Positions 1-9,870 of a DNA stretch of 64,000 nucleotides are shown piece by piece. The notes beneath the pieces were generated by a model. The model worked only from the letters and a program-made list of their open reading frames with translations, did no database searches and was not told the DNA's origin. The first letter of the stretch is position 1, and every line of letters starts with the position of its first letter. A program made the translations under genes and the position numbers. This DNA comes from an uncultured delta proteobacterium (GTDB lineage Bacteria; Desulfobacterota; Desulfobaccia; Desulfobaccales; 0-14-0-80-60-11), in NCBI GenBank assembly GCA_963812015.1, contig CAWETI010000002.1, forward strand, positions 1,440,001-1,504,000. The letters are read 5' to 3'.

Positions 1-1290
1 GCCAAACACCCGAGAAAAAATCGCCTCGACATGGCGGAAATAGCGGTTTAGATCAAAGATCGCCGCGACCTCCGCAGCGCTGAGGTGCTGGCCGATCTCG
101 GGGTCGGCCTGAACTCGTTGGGCGAATTCGCCCCCTTCCTGCCAGACCAGCATGGCCGGGCGCTGCACCAGCCGGTAGGCCGCGTCCCGGGGAAGGCCCT
201 TGTCGATGAGGGCCAGGAGCAGCGACTGGGAGAAGACCAGGCCCCGGGTTAATTTGAGATTGGCGGCCATGTTCTCCGGATAGACCTGGAGATTTTTGAG
301 GAGGCGGGTGAGCCGGGCCAGCATGAAATCCAGGAGCACGGTGCTGTCCGGGGCGATAACCCGCTCCGCCGAGGAGTGGCTGATGTCCCGCTCGTGCCAC
401 AGGGCGACGTTTTCCAGGGCCGTCAGGGCGTTGCCCCGGAGCACCCGGGCCAGGCCGCAGAGGTTTTCCGAGAGTATCGGGTTGCGTTTATGGGGCATGG
501 CCGACGAGCCCTTCTGGCCGGCGGCGAACATCTCTTCCGCTTCCCGCACCTCGGTGCGCTGCAGGTGGCGAATCTCCAGGGCCACTTTTTCCACGCTGGC
601 GCCGATCAGGGCAAGGGTGAGAAAGTATTCGGCATGCCGGTCCCGCTGGATGATCTGGGTGGAAATGGGCGCAGGCGTGAGCCCCAGACGGCGGCAAACC
701 CCGGCTTCCAACTCCGGGGGCAGATGGGCGAAGGTGCCCACCGCGCCGGAAATTTTCCCCACCGCGATGCTCTTTCGGGCCGCCTCCAGCCGGGTCCGCT
801 GCCGCTGAAACTCGGCGTACCACAAGGCGAATTTCAAGCCCAGGGTGATGGGCTCGGCATGCACCCCGTGGGTCCGACCCACCATGATCTGGTCTTTGAA
901 GGCGAAGGCCTTTTCTTTAAGCACGGCCAAAAGATCATCCAGATCGGCCAGCAAGAGGTCCGCCGCTTCGGTCAGGCGCAGGCCCAGGGCGGTGTCCAGC
1001 ACATCCGAAGAGGTGAGGCCGAAGTGGAAGTAGCGGCCGTCCTCCTCAAGGCCGGCGGCCACCTGGTCCACAAAAGCGGCCACGTCGTGGTGGGTCTTGG
1101 CCTCGATCTCCAGGATGCGCGCCACGTCGATCCTGGCCTTCCCGGCGGCCCGGGTCGGCACCTCCTTAGGGATGAGGCCGCACTCAGCCATGGCCTCCAT
1201 GGCGGCCAGCTCCACCTTGAGCCAGCTGGCAAATTTGTTCTCTTCGGTCCAAATCCGAGCCATGACCTCACGGCTATATCGGGGAATCAT
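1..1290 (-). CDS. purB: Adenylosuccinate lyase (3' end runs off the window by a few codons)
   Basis: Manual translation from ATG 1290: MIPRYSREVMARIWTEENKFASWLKVE..., signature GSSAMPHKRNP, C-terminal YFRHVEAIFSRVFG at the window edge. Absent from the ORF track because the stop is outside the window. Confidence 0.95.
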   Translation of the reverse strand, partial: MIPRYSREVMARIWTEENKFASWLKVELAAMEAMAECGLIPKEVPTRAAGKARIDVARILEIEAKTHHDVAAFVDQVAAGLEEDGRYFHFGLTSSDVLDTALGLRLTEAADLLLADLDDLLAVLKEKAFAFKDQIMVGRTHGVHAEPITLGLKFALWYAEFQRQRTRLEAARKSIAVGKISGAVGTFAHLPPELEAGVCRRLGLTPAPISTQIIQRDRHAEYFLTLALIGASVEKVALEIRHLQRTEVREAEEMFAAGQKGSSAMPHKRNPILSENLCGLARVLRGNALTALENVALWHERDISHSSAERVIAPDSTVLLDFMLARLTRLLKNLQVYPENMAANLKLTRGLVFSQSLLLALIDKGLPRDAAYRLVQRPAMLVWQEGGEFAQRVQADPEIGQHLSAAEVAAIFDLNRYFRHVEAIFSRVFG

Positions 1291-1602
1291 GCTTCACCTC
1301 ACGTAAAAAAATATCATCGGTTGAAATGCGGAGGCCGGACCACGGGGCCCGGGCCGCCGGCCGCCCCCAGGCTCAGTCGCCTGGCAAAAGACCGACGTCT
1401 GATTATAATCAGAAAAGCGCGGTGGGCGGTAAGAGAATCTGGCCGCAGGGCAAATAATGCCGATTTCTGAAGACCGGAGAGTTGACGCCGAATCCGGGAA
1501 ACTATACTGTTCAGGGTAGATGAGATAAATTAAACGCGTTGACCATCAGGCGCGAAGTCTGGGATTTGTCTCTATCTTGCCGGAAGAAATCTTGAGGTCG
1601 CC

Positions 1603-2265
1603 ATGCCCGGTTGGGGAGAAATTTTTGCCGATCCCGTGATGCAGGGCCGGGAGCCCGAACCCGAGCTTATCGCCCTGATCCCGGTAATGCGAGCGGCCGG
1701 CTGCCGCCGGCTGCTGGACGCCGGTTGCGGCGTCGGCCGTCACCTGCTGCCCCTTCTCCAGGCTGGTTTCCTGGTCTGGGGCGTGGATTGTGACAGCCAG
1801 GTGCTCCGTCTCCTCAAGGACCGCCTGGCAAACGCTGATGTGGCGGTGGCCGGACCGTATCTGGCCCAGGCCGACCTCAACCGCCTGCCTTTCGCCTCCG
1901 GGGCCTTCGACCTGGTAGTGTCCATCAAGGTCATCAACCACGGCCATGCCGCCATTTTCCGGGACTATTGTCGGGAGCTGGACCGGGTCCTGAAACCTGG
2001 CGGACGTCTGTTCATCATGGTTTCCCCCTGGGAGTTCGCCGAACTGGTCAGGCTGCCCCAGACCCGGGAGCTGGAGCCCGGCACCCTGGTGGACATCGCT
2101 ACCCCTGATGGCACCCTGGTGCACCACTTTCCCACCCCGGAAGAACTTCGGGAACAGTTTCCCGGCTATCAGGCGCACCGCTGGGAGACCGTCCGGGTCC
2201 CCATCCCCTTCATGGAGAACGTGGAGATGCCGCAGCTGATTTTTTGGGGAGAAAAGGTGAGGTAG
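1603..2265 (+). CDS. Class I SAM-dependent methyltransferase
   Basis: Motif I LLDAGCGVGRH, post-II LPFASGAFDLV, RVLKPGG; GAGG RBS upstream. Confidence 0.85.
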   Translation: MPGWGEIFADPVMQGREPEPELIALIPVMRAAGCRRLLDAGCGVGRHLLPLLQAGFLVWGVDCDSQVLRLLKDRLANADVAVAGPYLAQADLNRLPFASGAFDLVVSIKVINHGHAAIFRDYCRELDRVLKPGGRLFIMVSPWEFAELVRLPQTRELEPGTLVDIATPDGTLVHHFPTPEELREQFPGYQAHRWETVRVPIPFMENVEMPQLIFWGEKVR

Positions 2266-2336
2266 AAGTAAGCAGTAAAAAGTGAGCAAATGTGGTTTTT
2301 TTCTGGCCCCTAAAACCTAAAACCTGACCCCTAAAT

Positions 2337-3392
2337 ATGACCGACCAGAGAGAACCCTCCATCCTCGAAACCCGGCATCAAGGCCTGAGGGTGATTATCC
2401 TCAACCGCCCCCGGGTCCTCAATACCCTTAACCGGGAAATGGTCCGGCTCCTGCAGTCGGCGTTGGACGAGGCTCTGGCCGCGGACGACGTACGCCTGGT
2501 GGTGATCGGCGGCGCCGGGGACCGGGGTTTCTGTGCCGGGGGCGACCTCAAAGAGCTGACCCGGGCGGTCCAGGATGGCGAGGTGCACCTGGCCGACCAG
2601 TTCTTCCGGGAGGAGTATGCCCTGGACCTCCTGATCCACCGGTTCCCCAAGCCGGTGGTGGTCCTGGCCCACGGCGTCACCATGGGGGGCGGGTTGGGCC
2701 TGGCCGCGGGGGCGGACCTGGTCGTGGCCACCGAAGCCACTCGCATGGCCATGCCCGAAACCCGCATCGGCTTCTTCCCGGACGTGGGCGCCACCGGCTG
2801 GCTTTTCGCCAAGTGTCCCCCGGGCTACCCCGAGTACCTGGCCCTGACGGGCTATGAGCTTTGGGGGGCCGAATGCGTCCGGCTGGGGCTGGCCACGCAT
2901 CTGGTGGATTCGGCCCGGTTGCCCGAACTTCGGGAGGCGCTCAAAAATTGTGCAGTGGGGCTTGCCGCAGATAAGCCCAAAGCGGTGGCGGAACTGGAAC
3001 TGGTGCTGGCCCCCTTCACCCGCCGGGATATTCCGCCAAAGCCCGAGTTGGACGTATGGGTGGCGGAGCATTTTGCGGGGAAGAGGTCTCTTCGGGAGAT
3101 CATGGCCGCCCTGAATCAGTGCAGCCTGGAAATGAAGCTCTGTGAGGACGTGTGCCGGCGCCTGGGGGAGCGCTCCCCCACGGCCCTGGCCGTGACATTG
3201 CAGCTCCTCCGGGCCAATGAGGGGCGGCCCCTGCCGGAGGTCTTCGGCCGGGAGGCCCTGGCGGCCCACTTCCTGATCAGCCATCCCGACTACCTGGAGG
3301 GCATCCGGGCCCGGATCATCGACAAGGATGATCAGCCCCGCTGGCAGCCTGCCACCGTCGAGGCATTGGGACCCATGGCCACAGGGTTTTGA
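2337..3392 (+). CDS. Enoyl-CoA hydratase/isomerase family, 3-hydroxyisobutyryl-CoA hydrolase-like
   Basis: LNRP..LN, FCAGGD, FFREEYALD, MGGGLGL, AMPETRIGFFPDVG, EGIRARIIDKD..PRW. Confidence 0.88.
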   Translation: MTDQREPSILETRHQGLRVIILNRPRVLNTLNREMVRLLQSALDEALAADDVRLVVIGGAGDRGFCAGGDLKELTRAVQDGEVHLADQFFREEYALDLLIHRFPKPVVVLAHGVTMGGGLGLAAGADLVVATEATRMAMPETRIGFFPDVGATGWLFAKCPPGYPEYLALTGYELWGAECVRLGLATHLVDSARLPELREALKNCAVGLAADKPKAVAELELVLAPFTRRDIPPKPELDVWVAEHFAGKRSLREIMAALNQCSLEMKLCEDVCRRLGERSPTALAVTLQLLRANEGRPLPEVFGREALAAHFLISHPDYLEGIRARIIDKDDQPRWQPATVEALGPMATGF

Positions 3393-3547
3393 GGGGAGGG
3401 TGGGGGCATGATATCTAACTATTTAATAATCCAGGTAAATAAACCTTTAGCAAAAGGGGGCTTAACAAAAGCTTTCAGAAATCGGGGCGGATTATTATTA
3501 TGTAATTCGGGGAATACGTTGTTAGAGGAAGAAAAGCGAGGGAGCTT

Positions 3548-4321
3548 ATGTCGTATCAAACCATTCTGTTGGAACAGGAGTCCGGAGTTGCCACCATCAC
3601 CTTCAACCGCCCGGACAAGCTCAATGCCCTGAGCCACGAGATGCTGGCGGAGTTCAAGGATGCCGTGGACCGGGTGAGCCGGGACCCCGGGATCCGGGTG
3701 CTCCTCCTCACCGGGGCCGGCCGGTCCTTCATCGCCGGGGCGGACATCAAGGTCTTTCTGGAGTTTGATCCCCTGGCGGCCCGGCAGTTCGCCCGGTCGG
3801 CCCACGAGACCGGCTTCAAGCTCGAGGCCCTGGACATCCCGGTGATCGCCTGCGTCAACGGTTTTGCCCTGGGGGGCGGCCTGGAGATGGCCATGGCCTG
3901 CGATTTCATCTATGCCGCGGACACCGCCAGGCTGGGCCAGCCGGAAATCAACCTGGGGATCATCCCCGGCTTCGGCGGCACCCAGCGCCTGTCCCGTCTG
4001 GTGGGCAAGGGGGCGGCCAAGGAGTTGGTCCTCACCGGCCGCATGCTGGACGCGGCGGAAGCCAAAGCCCTGGGGCTGGTGGCCCAGGTCTTTCCCGCCG
4101 ATACCTTCATGAGGGAATGCCGGAAAGTGGCCCGGTCCCTGGCGGCCAAGGGCCGGGTGTCTTTGGGCGCCGCCAAGCAGGCCATCGACCGGGGTTTCGA
4201 CCAGGACTTGCGAAATGCCTGCCTTCTGGAGGTGGACGCCTTTGCCCTGTGCTTTGCCTCTCCGGACGCCCACGAAGGGGCCAGGGCCTTTCTGGAGAAG
4301 CGCCAGCCGCGGTTTGCTTGA
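3548..4321 (+). CDS. Enoyl-CoA hydratase (crotonase)
   Basis: NRPDKLNAL, FIAGADI, NGFALGGGLE, GQPEINLGIIPGFGGTQRL; GGGAG RBS. Confidence 0.92.
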   Translation: MSYQTILLEQESGVATITFNRPDKLNALSHEMLAEFKDAVDRVSRDPGIRVLLLTGAGRSFIAGADIKVFLEFDPLAARQFARSAHETGFKLEALDIPVIACVNGFALGGGLEMAMACDFIYAADTARLGQPEINLGIIPGFGGTQRLSRLVGKGAAKELVLTGRMLDAAEAKALGLVAQVFPADTFMRECRKVARSLAAKGRVSLGAAKQAIDRGFDQDLRNACLLEVDAFALCFASPDAHEGARAFLEKRQPRFA

Positions 4322-4373
4322 ACCATGAGTAGGAACAGAGCGGAGGCTAATAGTGGGCCACCCAGGGGGCTTG

Positions 4374-4453
4374 AAAATCCCCCCTTCCCCCCTTTAGGAA
4401 AGGGGGGGGATCAGAAAGTCCCCCTTTAACAAAGGGGGATTTAGGGGGATTTT
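4374..4453. repeat. REP-like palindromic intergenic element (CCCCCTTT-nn-AAAGGGGG units), copy 1
   Basis: Two C5T3/A3G5 hairpins inside outer inverted ends AAAATCCCCC/GGGGGATTTT; the same family occurs at 6816 and 11099. Confidence 0.8.
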
Positions 4454-4550
4454 ACCATTCCCGATAAAGCCGGTGGCGACACTGCCCCATCCTTGCGGCG
4501 GGGCCAGAATTCCAATACAATCGAGAAAAACTCTGACATGAGCCTATCTT

Positions 4551-5636
4551 ATGCCTGATAGCAACCGCAAACCCACCCGGCCCATCTTTATCGGCCCGGT
4601 CCAGATCGGCGGCGGGGCCCCGGTGGTGGTGCAAAGCATGACCAACACCGACACCCGGGAAGTTGGGGCCACCCTGGCCCAGATCCAGCGCCTGGCCGCG
4701 GCGGGCTGCGAAGTGGCCCGCCTGGCCGTGCCCGATAAGGAGGCGGCCCAAGCCTTCGGGGAGATCAAGCGCGAGAGTCCGCTGCCCCTCATCGCCGACA
4801 TCCACTTCAATTACCGTCTGGCCCTGGCGTCTTTGGAGGCGGGGGCCGACGCCATCCGCATCAATCCCGGCAACCTGGGGGGGGCCGAAAAAACCCGGAT
4901 CGTGGTGGAGGCCTGCCGGGAGCGGGGCGTGCCTCTGCGCCTGGGGGTGAACGCCGGCTCCCTGGAGGCGGACCTCCTGGCCCGCTACGGCGCGCCCAGC
5001 GCCGCCGCCATGGCGGCCAGCGCCATGCGCTGGGTGAAGCAGTTCGAGGACTGGGGCTTCTTCGATTTCAAGATTTCCCTGAAATCGTCCGATGTTTTGA
5101 CGACCGTGGCGGCGTATGAGGAGTTGTCCCGCCAGACGGACTACCCCCTGCACCTGGGGGTCACAGAAGCCGGGGGCCTCATTGCCGGCACGGTGAAATC
5201 CGCCCTGGGCATCGGTATGCTGCTGGCCAAGGGCATCGGCGACACCATGCGGGTGTCCCTCACCCGTGACCCGGTGGAAGAAATCCGGGTGGCCTATGAG
5301 ATCCTCCGGGCCCTGCAGCTTAGGGAACGGGGGGTGGAACTCATCTCCTGCCCCACCTGCGGCCGCTGCCGCATCGATCTCTTCTCCCTGGCCGAGGAAG
5401 CCGAACGGCGGCTGTTGGCCGTGACCGCCCCCATCAAGGTGGCCATCATGGGCTGTGTGGTCAACGGCCCGGGGGAAGCCCGGGAGGCCGATGTGGGGAT
5501 TGCCGGGGGCGCCGGGGTGGGCCTGTTGTTCAAAAAAGGCGAAGCTGTACGCCAGGTGCCTGAGCATGACCTCCTCCGGGTCTTGCTGACGGAAGTGGCG
5601 GCCCTCACCGGCGAGGCGGTGGAACTGCCCGAGTAA
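4551..5636 (+). CDS. ispG: (E)-4-hydroxy-3-methylbut-2-enyl-diphosphate synthase
   Basis: VQSMTNTDT, IADIHF, RINPGN, PLHLGVTEAG, SCPTCGR, MGCVVNGPGEA. Confidence 0.97.
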   Translation: MPDSNRKPTRPIFIGPVQIGGGAPVVVQSMTNTDTREVGATLAQIQRLAAAGCEVARLAVPDKEAAQAFGEIKRESPLPLIADIHFNYRLALASLEAGADAIRINPGNLGGAEKTRIVVEACRERGVPLRLGVNAGSLEADLLARYGAPSAAAMAASAMRWVKQFEDWGFFDFKISLKSSDVLTTVAAYEELSRQTDYPLHLGVTEAGGLIAGTVKSALGIGMLLAKGIGDTMRVSLTRDPVEEIRVAYEILRALQLRERGVELISCPTCGRCRIDLFSLAEEAERRLLAVTAPIKVAIMGCVVNGPGEAREADVGIAGGAGVGLLFKKGEAVRQVPEHDLLRVLLTEVAALTGEAVELPE

Positions 5637-6169
5637 GGGTTAATTGACGGCCGCAGGCTTTACCATCAATCCGATTTCCCTGCCTAAGCAATACTTGGCG
5701 CATTCCCTCCCCGTTGGCGTTGTCCGCCGGGGTTGACGCCTTGACCCCCTAAAGCCCAAATTAAGCAATTTGGAAGGTGAAAACCAGGGATAGCCTGATT
5801 TACTTGAGGCTGGTTTCAAGAGAATAATCGAATTCAAGTATTCTGGAAGAGGTGGGATGAGGGCGCCGCGGGTCACAAGGACAGGAAACCCCTGAGAAAT
5901 TCCTTGACAATTCGAGTAAAAGCCCTTAACCGTAGCATATGACGTTGTGATAACGCCCGGCATTACTTGGCGATACAACAGAGTTGCACCTGTCCAACGG
6001 CTTCAGGCGGCGGGGACATCTTAACAGGTTTTGGTCTCGTTGCCTCATCACCACGATGTAGAGGCAGTGTTCCCGTCAGGTATGATTTAAACGTCATAAA
6101 CTTTATTGAGTGAACCGCGGTTGGCGCGGCAAGCAGGTTAATTCGCGAGGATCGAAAGGGGGGGCTCAG

Positions 6170-6610
6170 ATGAGGATAGTGGCCTTAATTATCGGGATTA
6201 TGTTGGTTTCAGCCGGCGTCGTGGGAGCTATTGACACGCCTAGTCGGACTGTACCCCCGGCCATGCCTGAGGTCATAGATGGTGTCCCCTATACGGGCGT
6301 CATCCAAAACAAAACCAGTTACGAGGTGTCGATCCCATCGGATAATAGCGATGCCACCCTGATTATTCCGCCACATGGGTGGATAGAGTATACCATCTGG
6401 ACCCACCAGTTTGACGTAGCAGCCTACCACAATGGCGACCCGTTTTATTGTCTGAAACTAATCGCCAATCCCCAGGCGTATACCTTCAAGTGCAAAAAAT
6501 ACGATTTCATGGCGGAGATCGTCAAACCGGAGCCGGTGCGGAAGTATAAACCCATGAAAAAGCGGCGCATTAAAAGAAAACCGAAAAGCGATGATGCAGA
6601 GTTAGGGTAG
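6170..6610 (+). CDS. Hypothetical secreted protein with a basic C-terminal tail
   Basis: ATG 6170 after a G-rich RBS; signal-peptide-like N-terminus MRIVALIIGIMLVSAGVVGA; no recognised domain. Confidence 0.6.
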   Translation: MRIVALIIGIMLVSAGVVGAIDTPSRTVPPAMPEVIDGVPYTGVIQNKTSYEVSIPSDNSDATLIIPPHGWIEYTIWTHQFDVAAYHNGDPFYCLKLIANPQAYTFKCKKYDFMAEIVKPEPVRKYKPMKKRRIKRKPKSDDAELG

Positions 6611-6815
6611 CAACGCCCGATACGCCGATTTTGTGTTGAAACTCCGAGGGGAAGCAGGCAGATTACTGGCCGGCTTTCCCTCTTGCTTTGCACCCCAGTC
6701 TTCCTTAGCCGGCTTCACGCCAAGGCGCACTCAAAGAATTGCAGAACGCGAGGTTCGGGGCGCACCTAGTGGCGTGTTTCAGAATTAAAGTAACAAGGTA
6801 AAAACCGGTCTTTTA

Positions 6816-6899
6816 CCCCCCTTTCCTAAAGGGGGGCCAGGGGGGATTTTTATAAGAGTTTGAAATCCCCCTGAATCCCCCTTTTTCAAAGGGGGACTT
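6816..6899. repeat. REP-like palindromic element, copy 2
   Basis: CCCCCCTTTCCTAAAGGGGGG...AAATCCCCCTGAATCCCCCTTTTTCAAAGGGGGACTT, between convergent genes. Confidence 0.8.
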
Positions 6900-7036
6900 A
6901 ACCTGCCAGGTCTGGTGCTCCCAGCCTGCATTTATGTCCATCTAATCATGCAACACTACACCTAGGGGTGCGCCCAAAGCGGGGGGACACGCAGGTCAGC
7001 CCCTGCAATACATTGCGGTTGGATGGCGCATCCGCC

Positions 7037-7708
7037 TCAAACCGGCCGGGTCACCGCCCGACTGAGGTTTTGCAGGATGTCCAGGTAGACCTCCGAGTAG
7101 TTCAACCTTCCCTGGCGGATGGCGTAGAAGGCATTCAGCATCAGGGACGCCACCATGAGATTGGCGAAGAGCAGTTGGGGGGCCCCGGCCGCCATAAGTT
7201 CCTCGCATGACAGGGTGGCGGGGTTCTGGTCCTGGGGGTCGGCAATCTCCGGATGATAGCGGCTCAGGGACGGGGTGAGGTCCTGGCCCCCCTGGCGCAC
7301 GTAAACCTGGACGTTGCCGTCCTCATAGTCGTTGCCCCCGGAAATGAGGGTGAGGTCGGCAAGGGAGGCGGCATGGCGGCTGACCAGGTTACGGGAGGCG
7401 TGGTTGTCCACCATCAGGAAGACCACCTCCCCCTCGCCGATCAACCGGGCCACGTTGTCCTCCGTGACATATTCCGGGGCCGCCCGGAAGGCGATGACTT
7501 CGAACTCCTGCGCCAGTTCCAGCGCCTTGACCTCGGCCTTGTTGCCCAGGCGGGAGAACGCCTGGCGGGCCGCGTTGCTGCGCTCAAAGCGGTCGCCGTC
7601 AATGAGGGTGAGACGGGCCCTGACGGCGGAATATTGCAGATAGCGGCAGAGAAAGGGGAGCAGGGCGCAGCCGATGCCGCCGATGCCGATTGCCTTGATC
7701 TCTAACAT
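7037..7708 (-). CDS. ThiF/E1-family adenylyltransferase (PRTRC-ThiF-like)
   Basis: Rossmann IGIGGIG, IDGD.FE.SN..RQ, NKAE, VDN, C-terminal LSCEE (candidate catalytic Cys) and LFAN; no MoeB-type CxxC pairs. Confidence 0.88.
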   Translation of the reverse strand: MLEIKAIGIGGIGCALLPFLCRYLQYSAVRARLTLIDGDRFERSNAARQAFSRLGNKAEVKALELAQEFEVIAFRAAPEYVTEDNVARLIGEGEVVFLMVDNHASRNLVSRHAASLADLTLISGGNDYEDGNVQVYVRQGGQDLTPSLSRYHPEIADPQDQNPATLSCEELMAAGAPQLLFANLMVASLMLNAFYAIRQGRLNYSEVYLDILQNLSRAVTRPV

Positions 7709-7792
7709 ACAGAAGCTCCTTGAGGTATGCCCGGAACCGGGGAACGACTGCTGATCGCCGGCTGAAAGGTATTGAGAAAAGTCCGGTTCGGG

Positions 7793-8455
7793 TCAAGGGC
7801 CGAACTCGATGGGCCGGGGCAGGGGAGTCACTTTCCGACCCACTTCCCCGGCCCAGTCCGCCTCAGGCGGCGTCTCCTCCCAGGGGATGGGATAGGGTGA
7901 GAACAGGTGCTCCGGGGGAATTTGCCCCCGAAACCCTTGGACCACCACGGAGCAGGACAGGGTGAGTTCGCGGTCCAGGTTGCCGATGGTAAGGTGAAAG
8001 CCGTCTTCGAAGCGTTCGTCCTGCCAATCCCTGAGGGAGTGAAACGCGTCCAACCCGGCATGGCTGTGGATGGTGCCCAGGCGGGTGAGTCCCGCCGGGA
8101 ACTCCCTGACCTCGTAATCGCAATGGCCACCCCCCACGGTCTGGTGGGGCACGACCAGTTCGTAGGTCCGGGTGGCTTCCCGCCAGGCCAACAGAACCAC
8201 GGCTTCGCTTTCGTAGCGGGTATAAACGGCCCGGAAGAAGGCCACGGCCCGGAGCAGCAGGGCGGCGGGCAGGGGAGGGGCGCTCAGGCGGATATCGGGC
8301 CCCTGGGACTCGAGCCAGGGAATGCCCGGGGCCGGGACCACAGCCTCAAAGAAGGGAGTCCGTTTCACCAGGAACAACCCATCCCGGGTGAGGAGATAAT
8401 AGATGGTGTCGGCGGGCGGGGAATAATCCCGGTCTTTCAGATAAATGGGTAACAT
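7793..8455 (-). CDS. JAB/MPN+ metallopeptidase (PRTRC protein A / Prok-JAB-like)
   Basis: Complete JAMM motif: upstream E (ESEAVV) and HSH-x7-S-x2-D (HSHAGLDAFHSLRD); N-terminal YLLTRDGLFL segment. Confidence 0.88.
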   Translation of the reverse strand: MLPIYLKDRDYSPPADTIYYLLTRDGLFLVKRTPFFEAVVPAPGIPWLESQGPDIRLSAPPLPAALLLRAVAFFRAVYTRYESEAVVLLAWREATRTYELVVPHQTVGGGHCDYEVREFPAGLTRLGTIHSHAGLDAFHSLRDWQDERFEDGFHLTIGNLDRELTLSCSVVVQGFRGQIPPEHLFSPYPIPWEETPPEADWAGEVGRKVTPLPRPIEFGP

Positions 8456-8605
8456 GCAGTTTTGGGGCAGGCTAGGGCTCTCATAAAAATTTTACCGGTT
8501 GATGGGTTTCTCCCGGGAAGTATGGCCAGTGATCGTCGTTGGGGCCATCTGCCAACCCGTGAGGTTTGCACTCCCCGACCGGCCGGAGTTTCGACCTGAA
8601 ATATT

Positions 8606-8920
8606 TCAGAAGCATGTGGGTGCGATGAACACCAGGAGCCGGATTTGCGTATGGGCCTTGAGACCGTGGGGTTCGGCCACCGGCATGATCTGGGTCTGTC
8701 CGGCCCTGGCCGGCATTGCATGGGCGCCGGTAAACTCGCCTTCCCCTTCCAGGATGAGGAGGGCGACGTCCGAGTCGGCGGGGTGGGAATGAACCGGCAA
8801 TTCCTGCCCGGGCTCAAAGTTGAAAGCCAGTACCCGCAGATTGGGAGAATCATAGAGAAGTTCCCGATAAGGCTTGTCAGCAGTGAATTTGTCCACTTTC
8901 GCCAAGTCAATGAGGTTCAT
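8606..8920 (-). CDS. Cupin domain protein
   Basis: FEPGQELPVHSHP...LILEGEGEF...PVAEPHGL; GGGAGG RBS. Confidence 0.88.
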   Translation of the reverse strand: MNLIDLAKVDKFTADKPYRELLYDSPNLRVLAFNFEPGQELPVHSHPADSDVALLILEGEGEFTGAHAMPARAGQTQIMPVAEPHGLKAHTQIRLLVFIAPTCF

Positions 8921-9141
8921 CTAGCCTCCCGCGGCCCTCAGCCGAAAAACATCTGCCTCCACCGGCCAGTCGTCTCCCGGTCACGGGGCCATGAGGCCTG
9001 GAGCGGAAGCCTGAAATTCCTCCGAGGTTCCGCCCGCGCCCGGGATAACCCTGGGCGGGGGTGAACGGTAATCTCCGATCAGGTGGATAAGTTTCTGAAA
9101 TCATAAATTTTTCGGCAAGTTTTGTCAATCCTGGCCAAGGT

Positions 9142-9591
9142 CTAAAACGCCTTCCTGCTATCCAGGAGCAGGGTGACGGGCCCGTCATTGATGAGACCCA
9201 CGTCCATCATCTGGCGAAAGCGACCGGTGGCCACCCTGAGGCCGAAGCCGGACATAAACTGGACCAGGTCCTCGTAGAGTTTTTCCGCCACTTCCGGGGT
9301 GGCCGCGGCGTCGAAGGAGGGGCGCCGCCCCTTGCGGCAATCACCCAGGAGGGTGAACTGGGATACCAGAAGAACTTCAGCCTTGAGGTCCAGAAGGGAA
9401 AGATGCATCAGGCGCCCGTCCCCGGCAAAAACCCGGAGGTGCGCCAGCTTTTGGGCCAGGGCGGCCACGTCACCGGGGCCGTCATCCTGGGCCACCCCCA
9501 CTAAAACCAACAGGCCCACGCCGATCCTGGCAACCTCTTCCTCATTTACCCGGACCCAGGCCTCTTTGACCCGTTGCACCACCGCCCGCAT
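9142..9591 (-). CDS. dtd: D-aminoacyl-tRNA deacylase
   Basis: MRAVVQRV, SQFTL, KGRRPSF, NDGPVT motifs. Confidence 0.96.
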   Translation of the reverse strand: MRAVVQRVKEAWVRVNEEEVARIGVGLLVLVGVAQDDGPGDVAALAQKLAHLRVFAGDGRLMHLSLLDLKAEVLLVSQFTLLGDCRKGRRPSFDAAATPEVAEKLYEDLVQFMSGFGLRVATGRFRQMMDVGLINDGPVTLLLDSRKAF

Positions 9592-9870
9592 ACCCATCCC
9601 CCCAGCGTCTCTGATGACGCTATCATAGCATCACCGGCGGGCCGATGCCAAAAGCTTATCTCGGTCACCGCCGCCCCTTGCCTATCAGCCAGGCTAAATA
9701 AACCTCAGCAATCGTGTCAAGATGGAGCAGTTTTCCCTGAAAACCCAGCCGGCCGCTATCCCCCTTGCCGGGGAAATCTTCCCGCGCCTGCGTTATAGGA
9801 TTGTGTTATCGGGTATGGGTATGATAAGTTTAACAAGCAAACCTCTAAACAGGAAATCGATCCCGGCATC

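Noticed and set aside
5640..6165. ncRNA or small gene in the long ispG-downstream intergenic region
   Set aside because: No recognisable RNA motif, and the 112-aa minus-strand ORF lacks an RBS and host-like composition; only a weak TTGACA promoter candidate is present.
8456..8605. Hidden ubiquitin-like gene next to the JAB/E1 pair
   Set aside because: Only very short ORFs here, with no beta-grasp-like sequence or C-terminal GG; the 7709-7792 and 6611-7036 gaps gave no candidate either.
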